Source: an uncultured Verrucomicrobiae bacterium (GTDB lineage Bacteria > Verrucomicrobiota > Verrucomicrobiia > Chthoniobacterales > JAFAMB01). From it: a stretch of 64,000 nt of DNA. The stretch spans positions 2,272,001-2,336,000 of the forward strand of contig CAWIPH010000002.1 of assembly GCA_963837955.1 (NCBI GenBank), in the 5' to 3' direction. Positions 1 through 9,101 of this stretch are shown here, in pieces (within the stretch, counting starts at the first letter, position 1; every line of letters begins with the position of its first letter). The notes beneath the pieces are model-generated. The model was not told the DNA's origin and ran no database searches. It saw nothing but the letters and a program-made list of their open reading frames with translations. A program made the position numbers and the translations under genes.

Positions 1-170
1 CCGGCTCAGGAACCGAGGGTGCCGCGATTGTGGGAAGTGATTGGTGTCGGTGAGAGGTGAGAGGGCGCTGAGAGATTTCTGCCGAGAGTTTGCCGATAGG
101 CATCCACCAATCAGTCCTCACTGATCACGTCTCACAATTGCGTTACCCTGAGGCTGGAGCATCAGGCTAC
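1..170. repeat. REP/REPIN-like element family E (left end cut by window edge)
   Basis: Right end CCTGAGGCTGGAGCATCAGGCTAC and internal GAGAGATTTCTGCCGA..TTTGCCGATAGG match the complete copy at 32445-32648. Confidence 0.85.
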
Positions 171-181
171 GAAGCAGTGCC

Positions 182-210
182 TTGAGCCGCGGTCCGCCGG
201 AAGCTAACGT
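182..210 (+). promoter_or_regulatory. Putative sigma70 promoter of codA (leaderless)
   Basis: TTGAGC(182-187)-N17-TAACGT(205-210), 7 nt before ATG 218; no Shine-Dalgarno. Confidence 0.55.
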
Positions 211-217
211 CGCGGGC

Positions 218-1504
218 ATGGATTTCATTTTCAGGCACGCCAATCTTCCGGACGGTCGTTCGAATTTTGATATTGGAATCGCCGGTGACCGCATCGTCGC
301 GTTGGAGCAGGGCCTGGCTGCAAGTGGTGCGACCGAAGTGGACGTCACTGGTCGCCTGGTGTCTCCGCCGTTCGTGGATGCCCATTTTCATCTGGATGCC
401 GCGCTCTCTTTGGGGTTACCGCGCCTCAATCGATCCGGAACATTGTTGGAAGGCATTTCTTTATGGGGCGAACTGAAGCCCCAGCTCACAGCCGACGCGG
501 TGGTCAAGCGCGCTTTGGCTTATTGCGACATGGCTGTCGCTCAAGGTTTGCTGGCGATCAGGAGTCATGTCGACGTTTGTGATGAGCGTTTGCTGGCAGT
601 GGAAGCGTTACTCGAAGTAAAACGGAAAGTCGCGTCATACCTCGATCTTCAGCTAGTGGCGTTTCCGCAGGACGGGTTGTATCGATCGCCAGGTGCAGAA
701 AAGAATTTGCTTCGAGCGTTGGATCTTGGGGTTGAGGTGGTCGGCGGTATTCCACATTTCGAGCGAACGATGGCTGATGGCACTGCTTCGGTGCGCCGGC
801 TCTGCGAAATTGCAGCCGAGCGCGGTCTTCGGGTCGATTTGCATTGCGACGAATCAGACGATCCACATTCGCGCCACATCGAGACGTTGGCAGCGGAGAC
901 GCATCGGCTCAGATTAGGAGGTAGAGTCGCCGGGTCGCATCTGACGTCGATGCATTCGATGGACAACTATTATGTTTCCAAGCTGCTTCCACTGATCGCC
1001 GAGGCTGGAGTTGCCGCGATCGCGAATCCCTTAATCAACATCACTTTGCAAGGTAGGCACGACAGTTATCCGAAACGACGCGGATTGACGCGTGTTCCGG
1101 AACTGATGGGAGCAGGGGTGACAGTTGCCTTTGGGCACGATTGCGTCATGGATCCTTGGTACTCGTTCGGCTCGGCTGACATGCTCGAAGTGGCGCATGT
1201 CGGACTACACATCGCGCAGATGACGTCGCGAGAAGCGGTTCAGTCCTGCTACGATGCGGTGACGACATACCCGGCGAAGATTCTCGGTCTGGAGCATTAC
1301 GGAATCGAGCCGGGATGCTACGCTGATCTGGTGTTGCTTCAGGCCTCTGATCCCTTTGAAGCAATCCGCCTTAAGGCAACCCGTTTATTAGTCATGCGCC
1401 GAGGGAAGATTATTGCGCATACCCCGGAAAAATGGACAACCCTCAGTCTGCCCGGCCGACCCCAGAAGATCGAACTGAATTTTGTGCCCGGATCGGTCCA
1501 GTGA
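218..1504 (+). CDS. codA: Cytosine deaminase-like amidohydrolase
   Basis: HFHLD, HCDE and GHDCVMDPWY motifs of the bacterial CodA family; ATG 218 preferred over TTG 182. Confidence 0.85.
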   Translation: MDFIFRHANLPDGRSNFDIGIAGDRIVALEQGLAASGATEVDVTGRLVSPPFVDAHFHLDAALSLGLPRLNRSGTLLEGISLWGELKPQLTADAVVKRALAYCDMAVAQGLLAIRSHVDVCDERLLAVEALLEVKRKVASYLDLQLVAFPQDGLYRSPGAEKNLLRALDLGVEVVGGIPHFERTMADGTASVRRLCEIAAERGLRVDLHCDESDDPHSRHIETLAAETHRLRLGGRVAGSHLTSMHSMDNYYVSKLLPLIAEAGVAAIANPLINITLQGRHDSYPKRRGLTRVPELMGAGVTVAFGHDCVMDPWYSFGSADMLEVAHVGLHIAQMTSREAVQSCYDAVTTYPAKILGLEHYGIEPGCYADLVLLQASDPFEAIRLKATRLLVMRRGKIIAHTPEKWTTLSLPGRPQKIELNFVPGSVQ

Positions 1505-1534
1505 GTTGGTGACCGGCTGCCCATCACGTTGCAG

Positions 1535-1776
1535 GGAATAACGCCGGGAACGCCGAGAACGCCGAGAACGCGAGAATTGTTTGGAAGCCGTTTGCGACAG
1601 TTAGTTCGTGTCGCCGTCTTAGAAAGAATCTGTCGACAGGCGTTGCTGACTAGCGGCGATACGAGCGAGTGGGCGAGACGCTCTGGCGAAACGCCTTCGA
1701 ACAGCTCCCGTGCGTTCCCGGCGTTCGCGCGCGTTGCCGGCGTTGCCGGCGTTGCCGGCGTTCCCGGCGTTATTCC
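1535..1776. repeat. Inverted-repeat element with 9-bp tandem units (family I)
   Basis: GGAATAACGCCGGGAACGCCG at the left end and its reverse complement at the right; arms built of AACGCCG(GG/AG/GC) units. Confidence 0.85.
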
Positions 1777-2561
1777 TCGCTAACCTTCTTCACGTGCGGT
1801 ACGTGAACGTTCTTAAAAATACAGGGGTAATGCGGCACGTGGAATAATTTGGCCGTTAACACCTTCCGATCGCTCGCGAGCACTTGAAAGAGCAAGACAG
1901 CGCACAGACTGCCGAGAGGTGGAGCAACCCAATAGAGCCATTGGTAAGACCAAAACCAGCTCACGAAAGAAGGACCGAAGCTGCGGGCCGGATTTAAGCT
2001 CGTTCCGGAGATCGGTGCTCCGATCCAAACGAGAGCCGCGACCAATATCCACGTCATCAGCGGAGTCCAGCGCATTAACCGCTCGCTGCTAAGGAACGCG
2101 AAGATGGCGAGCACGAGTGCCAGCGTCATGCCAAACTCGGCCAGAAAAACAAACCAAATGGGATAACCCAGCCCGGGAGCGGTCACGCCATCGTGCACGT
2201 TCGCGGCATGCTCACGCCAGACGAAGACGAGCAGCCAAGCGCCAATTGTTGCACCAACGAACTGAGCGACTAGATATCCCGCAAAATCGTGCGCGTGCAT
2301 TTTCCCGCGAGCAAAAAAAGCGATTGAGACCGAAGGGTTAATATGGGCGCCACTCAATTTACCGAGCGGTGAGATGGCGAAGAGAGAGCCGCTGCCGGCA
2401 AAGATTAAACCGGTGAGTAAAAGGCGGAGACTCTGCGACGGAATAAGATGGGCGACGGGAAAATCCGGACTGAAATTAAATACTCCGGCGCTGAGGCCGA
2501 CGAGTACGTTAAAACCGGTTCCGCACGCCTCGGCGGCATATTCGCTCAAGTTGGGTTTCAT
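1770..2561 (-). CDS. Aquaporin / MIP family channel
   Basis: SGAHINPS and GTSLNPARS signature loops; six hydrophobic helices. Confidence 0.9.
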   Translation of the reverse strand: MKPNLSEYAAEACGTGFNVLVGLSAGVFNFSPDFPVAHLIPSQSLRLLLTGLIFAGSGSLFAISPLGKLSGAHINPSVSIAFFARGKMHAHDFAGYLVAQFVGATIGAWLLVFVWREHAANVHDGVTAPGLGYPIWFVFLAEFGMTLALVLAIFAFLSSERLMRWTPLMTWILVAALVWIGAPISGTSLNPARSFGPSFVSWFWSYQWLYWVAPPLGSLCAVLLFQVLASDRKVLTAKLFHVPHYPCIFKNVHVPHVKKVSEE

Positions 2562-2568
2562 TGAAGAC

Positions 2569-2777
2569 GCAGCGGCGACTGTCCCATTACGTGCCGCGTC
2601 CTGCCAGATCTGAAAGCTGACACGAAGCGATTAATTCCGGACAACCACAAGCCGCAGTCGCCATCCGCGTTGAGAAAAGGCGGCGACCGCGCTTTTTCAA
2701 CCGGTTCGCTTTGACGCTTCGCGAGACTCTCGCAGATTAGGTCGCGTCGGCGCGTCGTTGGGACAGTCGCCGCGACC
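2569..2777. repeat. REP-like inverted pair family F
   Basis: GCAGCGGCGACTGTCCCA ... TGGGACAGTCGCCGCGAC; related ends at 28700-29030. Confidence 0.75.
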
Positions 2778-2778
2778 T

Positions 2779-3381
2779 ATGCGCAAATTGCTTCGTTGGG
2801 TTGGCATCTTAGTCATCTGTTTGGCCGTTCTGTGGCTACTATCGGCGGTGGTCCTCGTTACCAATGGCCTAAAGGAACGGGTAGAACAATCGGATGCCGC
2901 AGTCATTCTTGGTAACGAGGTTTACCTCAACGGCGAGCCTTCGCCTCAGCTCAAAGCGCGACTCGATCGCGCACTTGAACTATTTCGGCAACAGCTTTTC
3001 CGGACGATGGTTGTGAGTGGGGCAATCGAGAAGAATGGAACGGACGAGAGTCTGGGGATGCGTCAGTATCTGATGAACCACGGTGTTCCGGCGGAAGCGA
3101 TCATTCTCGATCCTCGCGGGTTCGATACCATGGATACCGCGGAGGACACGGTCGCTTTAATGATCCAGCATGGCTGGAAGCGAGTTATGGTGATCTCTCA
3201 GTATTTTCATCTGCCTCGTTGCCGGCTGGCCTTTAGGAAGGCAGGGATTGAAGACCCATACGCTAGTTATGCTCGCTACTTTAGCTGGCACGACCTATGG
3301 GCCATCACGCGCGAGCTGGTGGCTTATCCCGTATATTGGCTTGAGACACCGACCCAGCTGAGCCGGCAACATGCGACTTGA
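2779..3381 (+). CDS. YdcF/SanA (DUF218) family protein
   Basis: N-terminal TM helix; DAAVILG, RLDRA, VSG, SQYFHLPR and RE motifs. Confidence 0.85.
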   Translation: MRKLLRWVGILVICLAVLWLLSAVVLVTNGLKERVEQSDAAVILGNEVYLNGEPSPQLKARLDRALELFRQQLFRTMVVSGAIEKNGTDESLGMRQYLMNHGVPAEAIILDPRGFDTMDTAEDTVALMIQHGWKRVMVISQYFHLPRCRLAFRKAGIEDPYASYARYFSWHDLWAITRELVAYPVYWLETPTQLSRQHAT

Positions 3382-3510
3382 GTGGACCGCGTGCCGCCAA
3401 GCAATAACTTTGGCGCGTATTCGCGCACATTCCCGGTTAATTGGCATTTTTATTGTAGTTGGGTCTTTCCTTTCCGGTTTATCGGGTTCGTTTAAAAAAG
3501 CCCATCGCGA

Positions 3511-3687
3511 CGGAGGGGAGCCGCTTGCGGCTCCCGGGAACGACCCACGATCCGGAGAGCAATTTTTGGATTCGATTCCTCGTTGGGCGCTGGATCTTTC
3601 CCGGCGTCGCACGTGTCTCGATGAAGCCTCCTCTGCAGGCCGGGCCATGCGGACAAAATTGGCGAAGTCGGAAGCAACGCCCCTCCG
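3511..3687 (+). repeat. REPIN-like family A copy 1, carrying 61-bp insert H (3612-3672)
   Basis: CGGAGGGGAGCCGCTTGCGGCTCCCGGGA ... AGCAACGCCCCTCCG; near-identical to 57788-57965. Confidence 0.92.
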
Positions 3688-3762
3688 ACCGACGCTGGAT
3701 ACGACGGAATAGAGCTCGATCCCGAAACAAAACCGCAGGTGTAAAAATCCACCGAAACTAAA

Positions 3763-3777
3763 CGCAAATCATTTGCA
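3763..3777. promoter_or_regulatory. Candidate Fur-family (Zur/Nur-like) operator
   Basis: CGCAAAT-C-ATTTGCA, perfect 6-1-6 core palindrome, about 45 nt upstream of the leader ORF. Confidence 0.45.
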
Positions 3778-3822
3778 AAGACGTTTAGCCCTGCTTGAAT
3801 CTCCCTTGGATTCGTCCCAAAG

Positions 3823-4146
3823 ATGGACTCTCACTCAAGGAAGCAGTCGATACTTCATGCCGGTCTGACGCCGATACTCATCGTATCGATCCTCTGGGCA
3901 CTAACCCTGACAGTTTGCCCCGAGCTCCATGAGTGGGTGCACCCTGATGCCGATCACGAAGACCATGATTGTGCAGTCACGTTATTCGCAAATGGCGGAA
4001 TCCACTTTCTCACAGCCGATCTCCTTCACGTCGGGAAGCCCGCCAAGTGGCTTCTGCTCGACATTATCTGTCTCTGTTCCCAGGTCTTAGTCTCAGCTCA
4101 AACGGAACGCCTGATTCCGGGTCGTGGTCCGCCGCGAAGCTGGTAG
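3823..4146 (+). CDS. His-rich DUF2946/CruR-like leader protein with C-terminal RGPP motif
   Basis: Hydrophobic N-terminal segment, HEWVHPDADHEDHDC cluster, RGPP at residues 101-104 of 107; first ORF upstream of a TonB-dependent receptor. Confidence 0.75.
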   Translation: MDSHSRKQSILHAGLTPILIVSILWALTLTVCPELHEWVHPDADHEDHDCAVTLFANGGIHFLTADLLHVGKPAKWLLLDIICLCSQVLVSAQTERLIPGRGPPRSW

Positions 4147-4191
4147 GGATCAAGCCGAATAGGTCCTTTATCAGGGACGCTGAGCTCATAA

Positions 4192-4353
4192 CGGTAGGGC
4201 GAAAGCCTGATTCCGTCTCAGCGGGATCGGCTTGAGCCGTTCGTTTGGCCGGGAGCACCAAGGGTCGCTCGTGCATCCGGCTCAAACCCGGCGCGAAACC
4301 TCTCGGACACTGATGGCAACGCCTTCCGCCGCGCCGAGGTTTTCGCCCTACCG
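4192..4353. repeat. GTAG-type REP inverted pair family D
   Basis: CGGTAGGGCGAAAGCC ... GGTTTTCGCCCTACCG; related copies at about 26813-26873 and 62849-63026. Confidence 0.85.
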
Positions 4354-4457
4354 TGGTGGGTGAGTGGCGCCTAGAGGCCAACATCCTTTGAGCGAACCGC
4401 ATGGTGTAACGCCCGAAATTATTCCTAGTCCTTAACCCCGAATTTTGAAAAATTGAT

Positions 4458-6623
4458 ATGTTTAACCTTTATGATTCGTGCGCAACGATCCGAGAGAAAG
4501 TCGGGCGCACAGCTGTTCTTTTCGTTTCTTTAGTCATTCTTCCATTCGCAGCGTTCGGTCAGAACGCCGTTCCAACCGCATCTCCAGAAGCTAACCAAAC
4601 AACCACTCAGACGCTCGACCCCATCACCGTAGTGGGACAACTCAATGAGGATCGTGACCAGATTGTTCCGTACCTGGGCGCTACGAAGTATTCTATCGGT
4701 CAAGCCCAGATCCAGACTCAATCACAAGGCGATAACGCATCCTTCAATCAAGTAATCTTGCGGGCACCTGGTGTTTCGCAGGATTCTTTCGGCCAATTGC
4801 ACGTTCGCGACGAGCACGCCAATTTGCAGTTCCGGATCGACGACGTCTTAATCCCAGAAGGAATCACCGGTTTTGGCCAAGAGATCGATACGCGTTTGGT
4901 TGACAACGTGAATCTCATCACCGGATCATTGCCGGCGCAGTTTGGTTTTCGGACGACCGGTATCGTCGATATTCATACGAAAGAGGGGGCCGCACTGAAC
5001 GGCGGCGAGGTTTCGTTCTACGGCGGCTCGCATGGGACAATCAATCCCAGTTTTGAATTCGGGGGCGCGCAAGGTCAGTTCCACTATTTCGGTGTGGGCA
5101 GTTACAATTCGAACACTTTAGGGATCGAAGCTCCAACCAGCAGTCATCATCCCATTCACGACCAGACTAAGCAGTATAAGGGCTTTGGAGATTTCTCCTA
5201 TATCATTGACGAATCCAGTCGCATCACGCTGCTACTCAGCGGCACCTATTCGGACTTCCAGATCCCTAGTAACTCAGGCCAGGCTCCGGCATTTAGCCTG
5301 GCAAACGCGAACCCGAAGAAGTTTGACTCGAGAAATTTAGACGAAAATCAGCACGAGCAAAATCACTACCTGATTCTGGCTTACCAAAAGTCGTTCGACA
5401 CGGTCAGCCTGCAATTAGCGGTATTTTCGCGTTACAGCGAGACCTTGTTTACTCCCGATCAACAAGGTGACTTGATCTTTAATGGCATTGCCAGCCGAGT
5501 GGATCGAAGTCTCTTTGACAACGGCGTTCAGTTCGATGCCAGTTGGGCGGTGAATGATTGCAACGTACTTCGCGGTGGATTCCTACTCACCGTGGAAGCG
5601 GCCAGAGCATATACAACCAACCTTGTCTTTCCCGTTGATGCTACGGGTGCCCAAAGTTCTGATGTACCGACTTCGATCACGGATAACAGTAGAAAAACGG
5701 GGCTCGTCTATGGGTTTTATCTTCAGGATGAATGGAAGATATTCGAGCCACTAACCGTCAATTGTGGCGCGCGATTCGATGTCGTGGACGAATATGCGCA
5801 TGCCTATCAATTGAGCCCAAGAATTAACGTGGTCCTTCAAGCTACCAAGAGCACTACTATTCACGCAGGTTACGCCCGGTACTTCACACCTCCTCCGCTC
5901 GAGCTGGTTCAGAATTCTGACCTAGCTAAATTTGTCGGCACCACCAATCAGTCCGCAGTCCAGCAAAGCTCTTCGGTTAAGCCAGAAAGAGCGCACTACT
6001 TTGATGCCGGTATCACCGAACAGTTCACGAAATCGCTCTCTGTTGGTGTCGATGCGTATTACAAGGAAGCTCGAGATCTAATAGATGAAGGTCAGTTTGG
6101 CGCGGCTCTTATTTTCTCGCCGTTCAACTATGCTCACGGTAACCAGTACGGAGTCGACGTGACAGCGAATTATGTTCAGGGCGGCTTCAACGCGTACGCC
6201 AATTTTTCGTTTCAACGCGGCACGGGTAAACAAATAACCTCTGGTCAGTTCCTGTTTGCGCCCGACCGGTTAGCTTTTATCAAGAATCATTTTGTGTTTC
6301 TCGATCATGACCAGCGCTACACCGCGTCAGCTGGCGCGTCTTACACTTGTCGTGGTACGACCGTGTATGCCGACATGCTTTATGGCAATGGACTGCGCAG
6401 CGGGTTCGCGAATACCGACGAAGTGCCGGCCTACTACACTTTCAATATCGGACTCACGCACACGATCACCTTGCCCCGAGTGGGCAAGGTACAGTTGCGA
6501 TTCGACGTCGTGAACCTTTTTGACAAGGGGTACCAGATACGTACCGGATCGGGGATCGGAGTCTTTGCACCGCAATATGGCGCCCGGCGCGGATTCTTCG
6601 GTGGTGTCTCCTGGTTGTTCTAG
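4458..6623 (+). CDS. TonB-dependent receptor, probably metal uptake
   Basis: Signal peptide, TonB-box-like DPITVVG, plug region, YLQDEW, LSPRIN, KPERA, NLFD motifs and C-terminal Phe. Confidence 0.92.
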   Translation: MFNLYDSCATIREKVGRTAVLFVSLVILPFAAFGQNAVPTASPEANQTTTQTLDPITVVGQLNEDRDQIVPYLGATKYSIGQAQIQTQSQGDNASFNQVILRAPGVSQDSFGQLHVRDEHANLQFRIDDVLIPEGITGFGQEIDTRLVDNVNLITGSLPAQFGFRTTGIVDIHTKEGAALNGGEVSFYGGSHGTINPSFEFGGAQGQFHYFGVGSYNSNTLGIEAPTSSHHPIHDQTKQYKGFGDFSYIIDESSRITLLLSGTYSDFQIPSNSGQAPAFSLANANPKKFDSRNLDENQHEQNHYLILAYQKSFDTVSLQLAVFSRYSETLFTPDQQGDLIFNGIASRVDRSLFDNGVQFDASWAVNDCNVLRGGFLLTVEAARAYTTNLVFPVDATGAQSSDVPTSITDNSRKTGLVYGFYLQDEWKIFEPLTVNCGARFDVVDEYAHAYQLSPRINVVLQATKSTTIHAGYARYFTPPPLELVQNSDLAKFVGTTNQSAVQQSSSVKPERAHYFDAGITEQFTKSLSVGVDAYYKEARDLIDEGQFGAALIFSPFNYAHGNQYGVDVTANYVQGGFNAYANFSFQRGTGKQITSGQFLFAPDRLAFIKNHFVFLDHDQRYTASAGASYTCRGTTVYADMLYGNGLRSGFANTDEVPAYYTFNIGLTHTITLPRVGKVQLRFDVVNLFDKGYQIRTGSGIGVFAPQYGARRGFFGGVSWLF

Positions 6624-6664
6624 AGAATGTAAACAAGTCGCTGCGATCGGGTGTTGTGTTCCTC

Positions 6665-6819
6665 GGTAGGGCGGATGCTCCAGCCTCCGGAATGCGGTGG
6701 GCAATTGGCGGCGCTCGATTCCGGAGCCAAAGGATCCGGACTACGCTACTTATGGGTCACATATGACGGGGAGGGCGCACGTCCTCGTGCGCCGTGGATC
6801 GCGAGGACGCGATCCCTCC
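6665..6819. repeat. Two short REP-like palindromic elements (family E-related arm and a GGAG-type pair)
   Basis: GGTAGGGCGGATGCTCCAGCCTCCGG, and GGAGGGCGCACGTCCTCG...CGAGGACGCGATCCCTCC. Confidence 0.6.
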
Positions 6820-6898
6820 ATTATGAGTTTCCTTAATTTCAAGCACGCTGTGCGACTTGCCCTTCGGATGGAAAAGGATCATCTAACAAGTGGTATCC

Positions 6899-7570
6899 AT
6901 GCGTCTGCTGATCATCGAAGACGAAAAAAAGACCGCTGCTCATCTCCAGAAAGGCCTGAGCGAGAATGGTTTTACGGTGGACGTGGCTCATGATGGTGCC
7001 GAAGGATCGCAACTCGCGTGTGCCGGTGGGTACGCGCTCATCGTTCTGGACGTCATGTTGCCGCAGCGAGACGGTTGGGCCATCCTCGGTGAACTGCGGC
7101 AGGCCGGTGTCATGACGCCGGTTCTCTTTCTTACCGCGCGCGACCGCGTGGAGGATCGGGTCAAAGGGCTGGAAATGGGAGCCGACGATTACCTGGTTAA
7201 ACCGTATGCTTTTTCTGAATTGTTAGCCCGGGTACGAACAATTTTGCGGCGCGGCTCGGCGGTGTTGGAGGAGGTGCTGCGTATATCAGATCTGGAAATA
7301 GACACTCGTCGCCATAAAGCCACCCGGGCCGGGAACAACCTCCATCTAACCCGTCGCGAGTTCGTTCTGTTGAGCTGTCTGGCGCGGTCAGCCGGAGAGG
7401 TCGTCTCGCGCACTCGGATTGTCGAAGAAGTTTGGGACATCAACTTTGATACCGGCACCAATATAGTTGAAGCGACCATGCGAAGGTTGCGAGCCAAGGT
7501 TGACGATCCCTTTGCAAAGCCGCTCATCCACAACGTCCGCGGCATTGGCTATGTTCTTGAAACCCGTTGA
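6899..7570 (+). CDS. Heavy-metal response regulator (CusR/CzcR-like, OmpR family)
   Basis: MRLLIIEDE, LDVMLP, FLTARD, GADDYLVKPY, VWDINFD and RGIGY motifs. Confidence 0.92.
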   Translation: MRLLIIEDEKKTAAHLQKGLSENGFTVDVAHDGAEGSQLACAGGYALIVLDVMLPQRDGWAILGELRQAGVMTPVLFLTARDRVEDRVKGLEMGADDYLVKPYAFSELLARVRTILRRGSAVLEEVLRISDLEIDTRRHKATRAGNNLHLTRREFVLLSCLARSAGEVVSRTRIVEEVWDINFDTGTNIVEATMRRLRAKVDDPFAKPLIHNVRGIGYVLETR

Positions 7571-9044
7571 GAGCGAGAGGGCTGTTGCGCGCGGCTCCAG
7601 GCGGCCTTGGTCCCTGGCAGCTCGACTAGCGGTTTTCTACACCCTAGGCACAACCGCACTCCTATTCGTCGCGATGGTCATTCTTTACGATGTGGTCGTT
7701 CGGTATAGCGATGCCAACGATAACCTTTTCCTGAATGACAAATTGCGGGCTGTCCGAGCTGATCTGGCCGCCAAAAATGCAAATCAAGGAGAACTGCTCG
7801 CAGATGAAGTGCCGATCGAAGCTTCGGACTATTTCGTGAGGGTGCTCGATCGGCGAACGGGTAAGGTGATCGCCGAACGCCCTGAGATGGGAAAACGACT
7901 TTCGCCAGCGGTGTTTCCGTCGCCTCGACCGGACGGCCAGATTCCTGAGGCAGGCGCCGAACATAAAACTTCCTCTGGGAAATGGTTTCTCTTGATGTCT
8001 GCGCCGGCGGAAATTGATCGGAACGCGCCGCGTCCAGTGGTTCTCCAGATCGCGCAGGATCGCTCCGACGACAAAGCTTTTGCGGAGTACTTTCGCAACC
8101 TGCTTCTCGCGATGCTGGTGGGCGGAGCCGGTTGCTCGGCTGCGGTTGCGCTGCTGGTCTCGCGGCAAGCTTTGCGCCCGGTCCGCGAGATGGTCACCGC
8201 CATGGAGAAGGTGCAAGCTTCGCAGCTCCAGCAGCGCCTTGATCGTGGTCGCTGGCCAAGAGAGCTGATTTCTCTAGCAGCGGCTTTCGACGACATGCTC
8301 GCCCGTCTCAAAGAATCCTTTGAGCGGTTATCAGGCTTCTCGGCGGATCTCGCTCACGAGCTGCGCACCCCTATTCAAAATCTGCGTGGCGAAGCCGAGG
8401 TGGCTCTTACCCGAACCCGGACCGCTGCTGAATATCGGGAAGTGATTGAATTAAGCATCGAGGAATATCAGGGCCTTGCCAGTATGATTGATAGCTTGCT
8501 TTTTTTGGCCCGGGCCGAGAACGCTGAAACACGGCTCGATCGCGACACCTTCGAGATTGGTCCCGAAATTGACACAATTCTTGATTTCTACGATGCGGCG
8601 GCACGCGAACAAAATATCGCGCTCAGCCGCGAAGGGGATGCAGATCTATCTGCCGATGCAATGTTAGTTCGTCGCGCGGTCAGCAATCTTGTCTCAAACG
8701 CTCTGCAACACACTGCGACAGGAGGACAAATCCGGATTTCGGTGGTCGAGCAAACCGACGGAACCGTCGAAGTGCAAGTGCAGGACACCGGCTGCGGCAT
8801 TGGTCCGGAACATTTGCCTCGGATTTTCAACCGCTTCTACCGAACGGATCCGGCCCGCGGTTCCGATTCGGCTGGGGCCGGATTGGGACTGGCGATCGTC
8901 AAATCGATCATGGATTTGCATGGCGGGTCGGTAAACGCTGTGAGCGAACCGGGTAAGGGGACGACCGTCACGCTCAAATTTTTTCGCGAAAAGCCCATCC
9001 CTCAGCCGGCTAAAGATGACAAAGATTTTCAGGTTCGAGCCTAG
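7551..9044 (+). CDS. Heavy-metal sensor histidine kinase (CusS/CzcS-like)
   Basis: Two TM helices, HAMP domain, FSADLAHELRTP H-box, N box and GAGLGL; start uncertain (7551 or 7557). Confidence 0.92.
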   Translation: MFLKPVESERAVARGSRRPWSLAARLAVFYTLGTTALLFVAMVILYDVVVRYSDANDNLFLNDKLRAVRADLAAKNANQGELLADEVPIEASDYFVRVLDRRTGKVIAERPEMGKRLSPAVFPSPRPDGQIPEAGAEHKTSSGKWFLLMSAPAEIDRNAPRPVVLQIAQDRSDDKAFAEYFRNLLLAMLVGGAGCSAAVALLVSRQALRPVREMVTAMEKVQASQLQQRLDRGRWPRELISLAAAFDDMLARLKESFERLSGFSADLAHELRTPIQNLRGEAEVALTRTRTAAEYREVIELSIEEYQGLASMIDSLLFLARAENAETRLDRDTFEIGPEIDTILDFYDAAAREQNIALSREGDADLSADAMLVRRAVSNLVSNALQHTATGGQIRISVVEQTDGTVEVQVQDTGCGIGPEHLPRIFNRFYRTDPARGSDSAGAGLGLAIVKSIMDLHGGSVNAVSEPGKGTTVTLKFFREKPIPQPAKDDKDFQVRA

Positions 9045-9101
9045 TGCGCCATCTCCATAGGTCGGATACCGGCGCTGCCGCGGTCAAGCGAGACCACGGA
9101 C

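Noticed and set aside
1529..1783. 84-aa ORF with PRT/AGV repeats
   Set aside because: Translation of the 9-bp tandem units of repeat I
3295..3767. Recurrent short ORFs (also at 21.6-22.1, 22.6-23.2, 56.4-56.8 and 57.5-58.1 kb) that look like a protein family
   Set aside because: Similarity comes from translating non-coding repeat family A in several frames
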